The notes beneath the pieces are model-generated. The model saw nothing but the letters and a program-made list of their open reading frames with translations, searched no databases and was not told the DNA's origin. The position numbers and the translations under genes are program-made. From positions 17,948 to 81,947 of the forward strand of contig CACIRC010000001.1 of the NCBI GenBank assembly GCA_902588895.1: a stretch of 64,000 nt of DNA. The letters are read 5' to 3'. Below are positions 18,448 through 27,628 of this stretch, piece by piece; the stretch's first letter is position 1; every line of letters starts with the position of its first letter. The stretch comes from an uncultured Pelagibacteraceae bacterium (GTDB lineage Bacteria; Pseudomonadota; Alphaproteobacteria; Pelagibacterales; Pelagibacteraceae).

Positions 18448-19884
18448 TTAATTTACTCTTGATAACTTATTAGAATTTATTTCTACGAAACATTTCATCA
18501 ATAAATTTTTTGCTATCTCTAGTCTATATTCTTTACTAGCTCTCATGTCTCCAATAGGACTTAAATCTTTTTCTAAATATTTTTTTGCTTGATCAAAAGT
18601 ACTGATGCTAAGAGGCTTATTTTTAAGAATTTCCTCACATGCTTTAGCTCTTTTTGGTACAGCAGCCATACCTCCATATGCAATATAAACCTCTTTAATT
18701 TTATTATTATTAATCTCAAAATTAAAAGATCCACAAACAGATGAAATATCATCATCAAATCTTTTTGAGATCTTAAATGCCTTAAAAATATTTTTCTTAA
18801 ATAATGGTATTTTAATTGAGTGTATAAATTCATTGTTTTTTAATTTAGTTTTTCTGTAATCAAGAAAAAAATTATTTAAAGGTAATACTTTTCTTTTATT
18901 AAAACTTTCAATTAAAACCTCTGCATTTAATGATAGTAGAATTGGTAATGAATCTCCTATTGGAGATGCGGTTGCAATATTGCCACCTATAGTTCCCACA
19001 TTCCGAATTTGAACAGAGCCATATCTCTTAAGAACCGAATAAAAATCTGGATAATGCTTTTTAATTTCTTTTTCAAATTTTATTAAAGGTGTAGCGGAAC
19101 CAACTTCTAAATAATTTTTACTTACTTTGATAAAATCTAATTCATTAATTTCTTTTAAATCAATTATAAATGGAATTTCTTTTCTCTCTTTTGTAACTTT
19201 TAAAGATAAGTCAGTACCACCAGCAAGAAAACTAAAATTAGAATGTTTTTTAATTATACCTTTTAAATCTTTAATATTTTTTGGTGAAAAATAAATTTTA
19301 TTATCTTTTTTAATATAAATATTTTTTGGTTTAATTTTTTTTAATTGCTGAATAATTTTATTTTTATTTTTAGAAAATTGATCATTTTTATTTATTTTAT
19401 TTAAACTTTTTGCAGCATCAATTATGGGTCTGTAACCAGTACAACGACATAAATTACCGGATATAGAATCTGATATTAATTCATTATTAAGATTTTTATT
19501 ATTTTTAAACATTGAAAATAACGACATAACAAATCCTGGTGTGCAGAAACCACATTGAGAGCCATGAAATTTCACCATTGCATCTTGCACAGGATGAAGT
19601 TGTCCATTTTTAGAAACTAAATCTTCCACAATTATAAGTTGTTTACCATTCAGTGTTGGGACAAACGAAATACAAGAATTAATTGCTTTATATTCAATTT
19701 TATTATCGACTAATTCACCTAAAACAATTGTACATGCGCCACAACCACCTTCTGAACATCCCTCTTTAGTTCCGGTCTTTTTTAATTCAGTTCTAATATA
19801 ATTAAGTAAGGTTTGATTTGGATCAGGATTTTTGATTACTATAAGCTTGTCATTTAATAGAAATTTAACAGAACTTGATATCAC
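18448..19884 (-). CDS. xdhA: Xanthine dehydrogenase 2Fe-2S/FAD subunit (GTG start)
   Basis: KEGCSEGGCGAC, QCGFCTPG, NLCRCTGY, AGGTDL, KISKRFDDDIS. Confidence 0.95.
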   Translation of the reverse strand: MISSSVKFLLNDKLIVIKNPDPNQTLLNYIRTELKKTGTKEGCSEGGCGACTIVLGELVDNKIEYKAINSCISFVPTLNGKQLIIVEDLVSKNGQLHPVQDAMVKFHGSQCGFCTPGFVMSLFSMFKNNKNLNNELISDSISGNLCRCTGYRPIIDAAKSLNKINKNDQFSKNKNKIIQQLKKIKPKNIYIKKDNKIYFSPKNIKDLKGIIKKHSNFSFLAGGTDLSLKVTKERKEIPFIIDLKEINELDFIKVSKNYLEVGSATPLIKFEKEIKKHYPDFYSVLKRYGSVQIRNVGTIGGNIATASPIGDSLPILLSLNAEVLIESFNKRKVLPLNNFFLDYRKTKLKNNEFIHSIKIPLFKKNIFKAFKISKRFDDDISSVCGSFNFEINNNKIKEVYIAYGGMAAVPKRAKACEEILKNKPLSISTFDQAKKYLEKDLSPIGDMRASKEYRLEIAKNLLMKCFVEINSNKLSRVN

Positions 19885-20235
19885 TTAACTACCTCTATAA
19901 GTAGAATAACTCCAAGGTGAAACAAGTAAAGGAACATGATAATGCTGTGAGGGATCTGAAATACCAAATCTAATAACAACATCATCCAAGAATGGTACAT
20001 CGCTAGCTGAAGATATATTTTTAAAATAGTCACCAATATGAAAAATTAATTCATATTTACCCTTAATGAAAACATCTCCCTCTGCTAATGGTGAATTAGC
20101 TCTACCATCATCATTGAGTTTTGTTGACGTTAATTTTTTTCGTTCTGAATTATTAATATAAAACAACTCAACCAGGATACCTTTGCCAGGTTTGCCAGAA
20201 TACACATCTAAAACATGAGTTGTGAGCTTTGTCAT
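19885..20235 (-). CDS. uraH: 5-hydroxyisourate hydrolase
   Basis: LTTHVLD, DGR, HYHVPLL and C-terminal YRGS. Confidence 0.95.
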   Translation of the reverse strand: MTKLTTHVLDVYSGKPGKGILVELFYINNSERKKLTSTKLNDDGRANSPLAEGDVFIKGKYELIFHIGDYFKNISSASDVPFLDDVVIRFGISDPSQHYHVPLLVSPWSYSTYRGS

Positions 20236-20282
20236 AAAATTATAGTATCATTTAATTTCAAACTTAAATTTTTAAAAGTAAT

Positions 20283-20780
20283 ATGAGAACAATAGATAAC
20301 ATTAACGATCTTAACAAGTCTGATTTTTTGTCTATATTTGGTAATGTTTTTGAAAAAACTCAGTCAGTTGCTATGGAAGCTTTTGAGTTAAAACCATTTA
20401 AAAACTTTGAAGATATTGTGTTTAAAATGCTTGATATTTATGAAAATTACGAAAAAAATAAAATTTTAGAGATTTTAAATGCTCATCCTGAGCTTGCTGT
20501 AGCAAAAAAAATGACCTCTGAATCTATATCAGAACAAGCCTCTGCAAAATTAAACCAATGTTCTAATGATGAATATGAAGAATTTAAAAAATTAAATTCA
20601 GAATATAAAAAAAAGTTTAATTTTCCTTTTATAATTGCTGTAAAAGGCAAAGATAAAAATGAAATTTTGAATAATTTTAGACAAAGAATACAAAGTGATG
20701 TAGAAAGTGAATTCCTTGAAGCGAAAAAACAAGTAAAAAAAATCGCAACCTTTCGTTTGAACGAAATAAATAAAAAATGA
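20283..20780 (+). CDS. uraD: OHCU decarboxylase
   Basis: AHPEL, S..EQ, Y..KFNFPFIIAV, IA.FRL. Confidence 0.92.
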   Translation: MRTIDNINDLNKSDFLSIFGNVFEKTQSVAMEAFELKPFKNFEDIVFKMLDIYENYEKNKILEILNAHPELAVAKKMTSESISEQASAKLNQCSNDEYEEFKKLNSEYKKKFNFPFIIAVKGKDKNEILNNFRQRIQSDVESEFLEAKKQVKKIATFRLNEINKK

Positions 20781-21763
20781 AAAAATTTATAAATGCAAAA
20801 ATGATTAACTTAGCGGATCCAAGAATTGGATCTAAAGTAATATTTAAGACTGACGATTTTTTTGCGGCTGCTCACAGAATATTAAACATCGAAACTCCAG
20901 TTTTTAAAGATGGACTATTTGACAAACATGGTAAATGGATGGATGGATGGGAAACAAGGAGAAGAAGATCAAAAGGTTTTGATTATTTAATTTTAAAACT
21001 TGGTAAACCTGGAAAGATATTTGATATAGACATTGACACAACACATTTCAATGGAAATCAGCCCACACATGCTTCGTTAGAGGGTTGCTTAAGTAAAACG
21101 AAGCCTAATAAGAAAACAAAATGGATTTCTTTACTGAGCAAAAAAAAACTTGGGCCAAGCCGAAATCATAGCTTCAAATCAAAAAACAAATCTGTTTTTA
21201 ATTATATAAGACTAAACATTTTTCCAGATGGTGGAGTTGCAAGACTAAGGCTTTATGGAAAAATTGAAATGGAGAAAAACTTTTTAAGAAACAAAACCAT
21301 CAACCTTACATCTGTTTTAAATGGCGCTTCAATTGTTGGTTGTAATAATGAACATTTTGGCAGAGCTGAAAATATCATAGCACCTGGTAAAGGAAAAAAT
21401 ATGGGAGATGGTTGGGAAACAAGAAGAAGTAGAGGAAAAAACTTTGATTGGCTTATAATAAAATTTGGAAAACCAGGATTAATAAAAAAACTAGAGATAG
21501 ATACCCATCATTTTAAAGGAAACTATCCCAATAGTTGTTCAATTCAAACTGCAAGCATTTCAAAAGATCTGTCCAATAAATCAATTGTCAATAATTCAAA
21601 AAATTGGAAGTTTATTTTAAATAAGTCAAAACTGTCAGCTCACAAGAAACATATTTTTAAAAAATTCTTAATTAAGAGAAGTAAGGAAAATTATCTTAGA
21701 ATAAATATCTATCCAGACGGTGGAATTTCAAGAATAAGGGCATTCGGAAATTTTGTGAGATGA
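20777..21763 (+). CDS. alc: Allantoicase
   Basis: Two repeats, each with DGWETRR and (F/Y)PDGG..R. Confidence 0.95.
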   Translation: MKKFINAKMINLADPRIGSKVIFKTDDFFAAAHRILNIETPVFKDGLFDKHGKWMDGWETRRRRSKGFDYLILKLGKPGKIFDIDIDTTHFNGNQPTHASLEGCLSKTKPNKKTKWISLLSKKKLGPSRNHSFKSKNKSVFNYIRLNIFPDGGVARLRLYGKIEMEKNFLRNKTINLTSVLNGASIVGCNNEHFGRAENIIAPGKGKNMGDGWETRRSRGKNFDWLIIKFGKPGLIKKLEIDTHHFKGNYPNSCSIQTASISKDLSNKSIVNNSKNWKFILNKSKLSAHKKHIFKKFLIKRSKENYLRINIYPDGGISRIRAFGNFVR

Positions 21764-22251
21764 AAATAATAAAAGCAAAAAAAATTACTAAAAAAAATTT
21801 TTCTAAATTCGGTCAATTAATAGATACGTCAAAAAAAAATCCTATAAATATTAATGATGGGTATGCAAAAAGATTTGACAATTTGATTAACCTAGATGCA
21901 TCTAAAAACAAAGGGAAAGCAATTGTTAGTATTTTTAAAGCAAAAAAAAGAAGGTTTCCTATGAAAATTAATATGATGGAAAAACATCCTTTAGGAAGCC
22001 AAGCCTTTATACCAATGGAAGATACAAAATTTTTAGTATTTGTAGCACCAAAAGGAGATAAACCAGATGTAAATAAAATCCAATCCTTTTTAGTCCCTAA
22101 ACAAACTGGGGTTAATTACAAAGCTGGTATTTGGCACTTTCCGTTGATTTCTATGAAAAATATGAATTTTCTAATTGTTGATAGAAAAGGAAAAGGAAAC
22201 AATCTTGTTATTTATAAATTTAAAAAAGACAAAATTATTTTGAAAAAATGA
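21760..22251 (+). CDS. allA: Ureidoglycolate lyase
   Basis: MEKHPLGSQAFIP, GVNY..GIWH. Confidence 0.92.
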   Translation: MKIIKAKKITKKNFSKFGQLIDTSKKNPININDGYAKRFDNLINLDASKNKGKAIVSIFKAKKRRFPMKINMMEKHPLGSQAFIPMEDTKFLVFVAPKGDKPDVNKIQSFLVPKQTGVNYKAGIWHFPLISMKNMNFLIVDRKGKGNNLVIYKFKKDKIILKK

Positions 22252-23147
22252 AAAAAAAATACCCAAGAGATTTGGTGGGATATGGTTCCAAAAAAGTTAA
22301 GGTAAAATGGCCTGGTAATGCTAAGTTGGCTTTGCAATTTGTGCTTAATTACGAGGAGGGAGCAGAGAATTGTACTCTTCATGGTGATAAAACTTCAGAA
22401 GTATTTTTATCAGAAATTATAGGAGCAAAACCAATTAAAGGTCGACACTTAAATATGGAATCAATTTATGAATATGGATCAAGAAGAGGGTTTTGGAGAA
22501 TTCATGATCTATTTAATAAAAAGAAAATTCCACTTACTATTTTTGGAGTTGGTATGGCACTAGAAAGAAATAAAGAAGTTTGTTCGGCTATAAAAAAAGC
22601 AAATTATGAAGTTGCTAGTCATGGGTGGAGGTGGATTGACTACCAAAATGTATCAAAGAAAAAAGAAAAGAATGACATGAAACTTGCAGTCAAATCTATA
22701 AAAAAGATTTTTGGCAATCAACCTGCTGGTTGGTACACCGGTAGGTGTAGCGAAAATACTTTAGATTTAGTAATTGATAATGGTAGTTTTTTATACTGTA
22801 GTGACACATACAGTGATGATCTTCCTTACTGGATAAAAAAAGGTAATAAAAAACAACTAATGGTTCCTTACACACTTGATAACAATGATATGAGATTTGC
22901 AACCAATCAAGGATTTAATTCGGGTGAACAATTTTATAATTATTTAAAAGATAGTTTCGATGCCCTTTATGAGGAAGGAAAAACTTCACCAAAGATGATG
23001 TCGGTTGGTTTGCATTGTAGATTAATTGGAAGACCTGGTAGAATACAGTCTCTTAAAAAATTTTTAAATTACATCACAAAATTTAAGGATATTTGGATCT
23101 GCAGAAGAGTAGATATAGCTAAACATTGGATAAAAAATTATAGTTAA
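22248..23147 (+). CDS. puuE: PuuE-type allantoinase (polysaccharide deacetylase fold)
   Basis: YPRDLVGY, LNYEEG, ESIYEYGSR, HGWRW, GWYTGR, LHCRLIGRP. Confidence 0.95.
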   Translation: MKKKYPRDLVGYGSKKVKVKWPGNAKLALQFVLNYEEGAENCTLHGDKTSEVFLSEIIGAKPIKGRHLNMESIYEYGSRRGFWRIHDLFNKKKIPLTIFGVGMALERNKEVCSAIKKANYEVASHGWRWIDYQNVSKKKEKNDMKLAVKSIKKIFGNQPAGWYTGRCSENTLDLVIDNGSFLYCSDTYSDDLPYWIKKGNKKQLMVPYTLDNNDMRFATNQGFNSGEQFYNYLKDSFDALYEEGKTSPKMMSVGLHCRLIGRPGRIQSLKKFLNYITKFKDIWICRRVDIAKHWIKNYS

Positions 23148-23155
23148 AATTTTTA

Positions 23156-23479
23156 TTATTGTTCCGCAGCTACAGAAGTATAGTGAGCAACCGCTTCTAT
23201 TTCCTCATTAGTTAGTATACCCTCCATTGCGGGCATTACTCCTATACCGTTTCTAACTGCCATTATAATTCTTTGAATATCAGGTCTAATTTCATTTAAA
23301 TTTGGACCAACCATTGCGTTCGATCCAGCATCTGAGAGCATATGGCATGCTGCACAATTTCCAGCCCCAAGAAAAACTTCTTTTCCCTTATCAAACAGTT
23401 CATCAGCATTAACGTGGGTTAATGATAAAAATATCAAAAATAATAATGTATTAAAGAAATTTAAAAATAATTTTTTCAC
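23156..23479 (-). CDS. Periplasmic monoheme cytochrome c, SorU-like (GTG start)
   Basis: Signal peptide (VNA), CAACH, GPNL, axial Met in GVMPAM. Confidence 0.9.
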   Translation of the reverse strand: MKKLFLNFFNTLLFLIFLSLTHVNADELFDKGKEVFLGAGNCAACHMLSDAGSNAMVGPNLNEIRPDIQRIIMAVRNGIGVMPAMEGILTNEEIEAVAHYTSVAAEQ

Positions 23480-23522
23480 ACAAATTTGGTATCATAATTA
23501 AAAAAATTTAAAAAGGAGAATT

Positions 23523-23810
23523 ATGAAAGCTTATTGGGTTGCAAATTATACTGAAATAAAAGACGACGAAAGACTTAAAAAATATGCCATTAAAGCAAAA
23601 GAAGCGGTTGAAAAGTATTCTGGAAAAATAATAGCAAGAAGTGCAAATAATGTAACTTTAGAAGGTAGGGAAATGGTTAGAGTAGCGCTTGCAGAATTTC
23701 CAGATATTGAAACAGCAAAAAATTGTTACAATTCCGAAGAGTATGTTGAAGCTAGAAAACATTTGGAAAATAACGCTACTAGAGAACATATAATTTTTGA
23801 GGGAATGTAA
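23523..23810 (+). CDS. DUF1330 family protein
   Basis: MKAYW, YSGK..AR, LEG, EFP, YNSEEY..AR, FEG; SD AAGGAG. Confidence 0.85.
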   Translation: MKAYWVANYTEIKDDERLKKYAIKAKEAVEKYSGKIIARSANNVTLEGREMVRVALAEFPDIETAKNCYNSEEYVEARKHLENNATREHIIFEGM

Positions 23811-23823
23811 GCTGAAAAAAAAC

Positions 23824-24459
23824 TTAATATTGAATAGGTTCGGGATCTATACTTCTCCATAAATACCAAGTTGCAACAGAACAGTAAGGGGAAAACTTTT
23901 TGTTTAGATATTTCACGTAACTTTCTGGTGGTAGATATTTTTTATTAAAATTTTTTGAAATAGCTCTTAACAAACCAATATCCTGGATAGGCCAAATATT
24001 AGGACGATTATAAGTAAATAACAAAATCATTTCTGCTGACCATCTTCCAATTTGTCTTAATTGAGAAAGATAAATTATGGCATCTTCATCAGACATATTT
24101 GAAATAAGTCTTGGATTAAACTCTTTACTTAATATTTTTTGGGCTAAACTTTTTATTCCTTTTACTTTCTGTCTACTTAGACCACAGCTTTTAAGCTGAA
24201 TAGTAGATAACTTATTAACTGTTTTTGCATTAATTTTATTTTTACATTTTTTCTTAAATTTTAAAAAAACTGAATTAGCAGCAGCAACGCTAATTTGTTG
24301 ACCAATTATACTTTTACATAGAGAGAAGAAAACATCTTTTCTTGATGTCAGAACAGTTTCTGAAGGAGATTTATATTTTTTAATCAAAAAAGACATGGTT
24401 TTATCTTTTCGAGATAAATATTTTTTTGCTTTATTCCAATATAATGGAGTTTTACTCAT
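23824..24459 (-). CDS. alkA: DNA-3-methyladenine glycosylase II (AlkA, HhH-GPD)
   Basis: IIGQQIS, GLSRQK, IGRWSAEM, DIGL, WYLW. Confidence 0.85.
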   Translation of the reverse strand: MSKTPLYWNKAKKYLSRKDKTMSFLIKKYKSPSETVLTSRKDVFFSLCKSIIGQQISVAAANSVFLKFKKKCKNKINAKTVNKLSTIQLKSCGLSRQKVKGIKSLAQKILSKEFNPRLISNMSDEDAIIYLSQLRQIGRWSAEMILLFTYNRPNIWPIQDIGLLRAISKNFNKKYLPPESYVKYLNKKFSPYCSVATWYLWRSIDPEPIQY

Positions 24460-25333
24460 GACGTGAAACAGATAGCTTTTTTTTCAAATACATCTCTCTT
24501 CTAAATATAATAATAGATGAAACAATAACCAATAAAGCACCTAATAAAGTTTTAGAAGTTGGTATTTCATTCCAAATAAAATATCCAAAAATTATTGCAA
24601 ATACTAATCCAAGATATTTTAAAGGGGAAACTAAACTTACCTCTGAATATTTGTAAGATTGTGATAACCATAAATTAGCAAGACCACCTAATATACCGAC
24701 CATAGATAGCAAAAATAAATCAATTAAACTTGGCAAAATCCATCCCTGATAGAAGGATAGAAAACTTAAAAGCATTATTGAGAATGAAAAGAAAAAACTA
24801 ATCAACCAGGCAGGTTCAGTTGATGATAATTTTCTTATAGCAATAGCAACGTAAGATAGACCTAAGCAAAAAATTATTGGATAAATATAGTATAAATTTA
24901 AAGAGCTAAAACCTGGTTCAGTTATGAAAATTATACCGACAAATCCAACTAAGACCGCTAACCATCGATAAATACCAACTTTTTCTTTTAATAAAAAAAT
25001 TGAAAATATTGTTATAAATATTGGTGCTGCAAAAGATATACTAACAACTGTTGCCAAAGGTAAATTTCTTAATGCTACAAATATAGAAACCAAAGCAATT
25101 AATCCTGCTAAACATCTTTTAAAATGAAGAAATGGTCTCGTTGTTTTGTAAAAATCTAAATATCTATCTTGAGGAATAAGAAATAAAATAGGAATTATTC
25201 CACAAAATCCTCTGAAAAATAATACTTGTCCAACGGGATAATCCTCAGACCATTTAACAATCACATCCATAAGTGAAAATGCACATACCGATATGAACAT
25301 GTAAAAAAAGCCTAATTGATTTTTTGATAGCAT
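24452..25333 (-). CDS. DMT/EamA family transporter
   Basis: About 10 TM segments; FFR, LPLA, LKEKVG..RW..V..GF.G. Confidence 0.88.
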   Translation of the reverse strand: MLSKNQLGFFYMFISVCAFSLMDVIVKWSEDYPVGQVLFFRGFCGIIPILFLIPQDRYLDFYKTTRPFLHFKRCLAGLIALVSIFVALRNLPLATVVSISFAAPIFITIFSIFLLKEKVGIYRWLAVLVGFVGIIFITEPGFSSLNLYYIYPIIFCLGLSYVAIAIRKLSSTEPAWLISFFFSFSIMLLSFLSFYQGWILPSLIDLFLLSMVGILGGLANLWLSQSYKYSEVSLVSPLKYLGLVFAIIFGYFIWNEIPTSKTLLGALLVIVSSIIIFRREMYLKKKLSVSRHE

Positions 25334-25367
25334 ATGATTAACTTTAGATTAATTAAGTTAATTATCA

Positions 25368-25811
25368 ATGGAAATAGCAATTTTAGGATTAGGATGTTTT
25401 TGGGGACCAGAAATTAAGTTTAGTAAACTTGATGGAGTTATAAAAACAGAAGTAGGTTATTGTGGAGGTCATAATGCTGAAACCAATTACAAAGAAGTAT
25501 GCACAGGCACAACAAATCATGCAGAAGTGGTAAAATTAGATTTTGATCCTAAAGTAATATCTTACGAGAAAATTCTTGAATATTTTTTTGAAATTCATGA
25601 TCCAACAACTTTAAATTCTCAAGGACCAGATTTTGGAACCCAATATAGAAGTGAAATATTTTATTTAAATGATCAGCAAAAAATTACTGCTGAAAAAATA
25701 ATAAAAAAAGAAAACGTCAAATTATCAGGAAAAGTAGTAACAAAATCTTCTTTAGTTAAAAATTATTGCCCAGCTGAAGAGTATCATCAAAGATATTTGG
25801 AAAAAAGATAA
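25368..25811 (+). CDS. msrA: Peptide methionine sulfoxide reductase A
   Basis: GCFWG, HAEVV, HDPT, GTQYRS, AEEYHQ.Y. Confidence 0.95.
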   Translation: MEIAILGLGCFWGPEIKFSKLDGVIKTEVGYCGGHNAETNYKEVCTGTTNHAEVVKLDFDPKVISYEKILEYFFEIHDPTTLNSQGPDFGTQYRSEIFYLNDQQKITAEKIIKKENVKLSGKVVTKSSLVKNYCPAEEYHQRYLEKR

Positions 25812-25812
25812 A

Positions 25813-26625
25813 ATGTCTTTAGTCGATACAATTTGGTTAGAAAATAATACTGATAAAGTAAAAATTATTGATTGCTCATGGCATATGCCTCAAACTCAAA
25901 GAAACGGTTTTGAGGAATATACAGAGGAACATATTCCAAATGCTATTTTTTTTGATTTAGATAAAAATTCCAAATTAGATACTGATTTACCACATATGCT
26001 TACTGATACTAAATCTTGGGAAAAAATAATGAGCAATATGGGTATAGAAAATAATGATCGAATAGTAGTTTACGATAACTCTGATGTTATTAGTTCTTGT
26101 AGATGTTGGTACAATTTAATTTATTATGGACATGACCCTAAACTAGTTCATGTTCTAGATGGTGGATTAAAAAAATGGAAAAAAGAAAATAAATCTACAG
26201 ATAACAAAAAAGTGATCACTCAAACTTCTAAGTATACATGTAAAGAAAATAAAGAACTTGTTAAAAATAAAAAACAAATAGATGAAAATATTGATACAGG
26301 AAAATTTAATGTTGTTGATGCAAGAAGTAGAGAAAGATTTGAAGGCAAAGTTGCTGAACCAAGGAAAGGTCTTAGAAGTGGTTCAATAAAAAATTCTTTT
26401 TGCCTACCCTTTTCTGAATTAGTAAACGAAGACCATACTTTCGTTAGTAAAGAAAAAATAATGGAAAAATTTAAGTCCTTTAAATTTGACCATGATAAAA
26501 ATCTAGTATTTTCATGTGGTTCTGGAGTGACTGCAAGTGTATTGGCACTAGCTTATTCTTTAATAAATGCTAAATATATGCCGACAATTTACGATGGCTC
26601 TTGGGCTGAATACGGAAAAAATTAA
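25813..26625 (+). CDS. sseA: Two-domain rhodanese / 3-mercaptopyruvate sulfurtransferase
   Basis: HIPNA.FFD, LPHML, DARS..RF, CGSGVTA, YDGSWAEY. Confidence 0.9.
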   Translation: MSLVDTIWLENNTDKVKIIDCSWHMPQTQRNGFEEYTEEHIPNAIFFDLDKNSKLDTDLPHMLTDTKSWEKIMSNMGIENNDRIVVYDNSDVISSCRCWYNLIYYGHDPKLVHVLDGGLKKWKKENKSTDNKKVITQTSKYTCKENKELVKNKKQIDENIDTGKFNVVDARSRERFEGKVAEPRKGLRSGSIKNSFCLPFSELVNEDHTFVSKEKIMEKFKSFKFDHDKNLVFSCGSGVTASVLALAYSLINAKYMPTIYDGSWAEYGKN

Positions 26626-26628
26626 CTT

Positions 26629-27624
26629 ATGAAAACATCTACAAAAATAACAAGTATAGTAATAATATTTTTCTTAATCATTGCAACAGTGATCATTGGA
26701 AGAACAATGATAGGAAATCATTTCAAAAAAAAATTTAGTAAAAGACCGCCTCCTGGAATAATAATAACTACTACTCAAGAAAGAGTTTTTGAAAATATTG
26801 TTAGTACCTATGGGACTGCAACTCCAATTCAAACACAATCATTTAAAATTGAAAAATATGAAATATTAAAACCTATAAAATTTAATCAAAAAGTTAAAAA
26901 GGGTGATGTAATTGCTGAGCTTAAAAATCGAAAAGTAATTGCACAATTTGATGGTGTTATTGGAAAAAGAGAATTTTCGGAAGATATAGAGGTTTCAAAA
27001 TCTTCAATATTAATTAATCTTGAGGATACTAGCTCAATATATTGTGATGTAGATATACCTGAAATTTTTGTACCATTTATTAAGGTTGGTCTGCCAGTTG
27101 ATATTAAATTTTCTGGATATAAAAATAAAATTTATAAAGGTGAAGTAGACTCTTTTGCTAGCAGGATAAGTGAAGATACAAGAGCATTAGCAACAAGAAT
27201 TAAGATGGACAATTCATCAGGTGAAATATTACCTGGCTCATTTTTAGAAATATCAATTAAATATGATGTAAGAAATGGCTTAAGTGCTCCTGACACTAGT
27301 ACAATTGTCGAGGGTGAAAATGTTTTTATTTATAAAGTAGATGAAAAAAATAAAGTAATGAAAACAAAAGTAACCATTGGTGATAGATACTTAGGCTTTG
27401 TAGAAATATTAGATGGATTAAATAATGGAGATAAAATTGTTGCAGAGGGAACAAAAAAAGTAAGACCAAATTTAACAATCAGACCTATAGAGAAAGGTGC
27501 TAAAAAAAAACAGGGAAATTCTAGCTGGGGTAAAAAAGATAAATCAAAAAAAGCTGAAGAAAAAAAAGGCAAATTTGATTGGTTGAAAAATATTTTTAAA
27601 AAATCAGACAAAGAGAAAAAATAA
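26629..27624 (+). CDS. RND periplasmic adaptor (MFP), apparently lacking the alpha-helical hairpin
   Basis: N-terminal TM, VKKGD..AQFDGVI lipoyl halves, DIPE, LPG, GL..GDKIV.EG. Confidence 0.88.
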   Translation: MKTSTKITSIVIIFFLIIATVIIGRTMIGNHFKKKFSKRPPPGIIITTTQERVFENIVSTYGTATPIQTQSFKIEKYEILKPIKFNQKVKKGDVIAELKNRKVIAQFDGVIGKREFSEDIEVSKSSILINLEDTSSIYCDVDIPEIFVPFIKVGLPVDIKFSGYKNKIYKGEVDSFASRISEDTRALATRIKMDNSSGEILPGSFLEISIKYDVRNGLSAPDTSTIVEGENVFIYKVDEKNKVMKTKVTIGDRYLGFVEILDGLNNGDKIVAEGTKKVRPNLTIRPIEKGAKKKQGNSSWGKKDKSKKAEEKKGKFDWLKNIFKKSDKEKK

Positions 27625-27628
27625 TTAA

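Noticed and set aside
20777-21763. Internal duplication in alc
   Set aside because: This is the normal two-repeat allantoicase architecture.
7010-23823. Purine cluster as a mobile element
   Set aside because: No integrase, transposase, tRNA or flanking direct repeat seen. It may be accessory, but mobility is not supported.
23523-24459. DUF1330 and alkA as part of the purine system
   Set aside because: Adjacency is the only link; both are widespread genes and neither is co-oriented in an operon with the catabolic genes.
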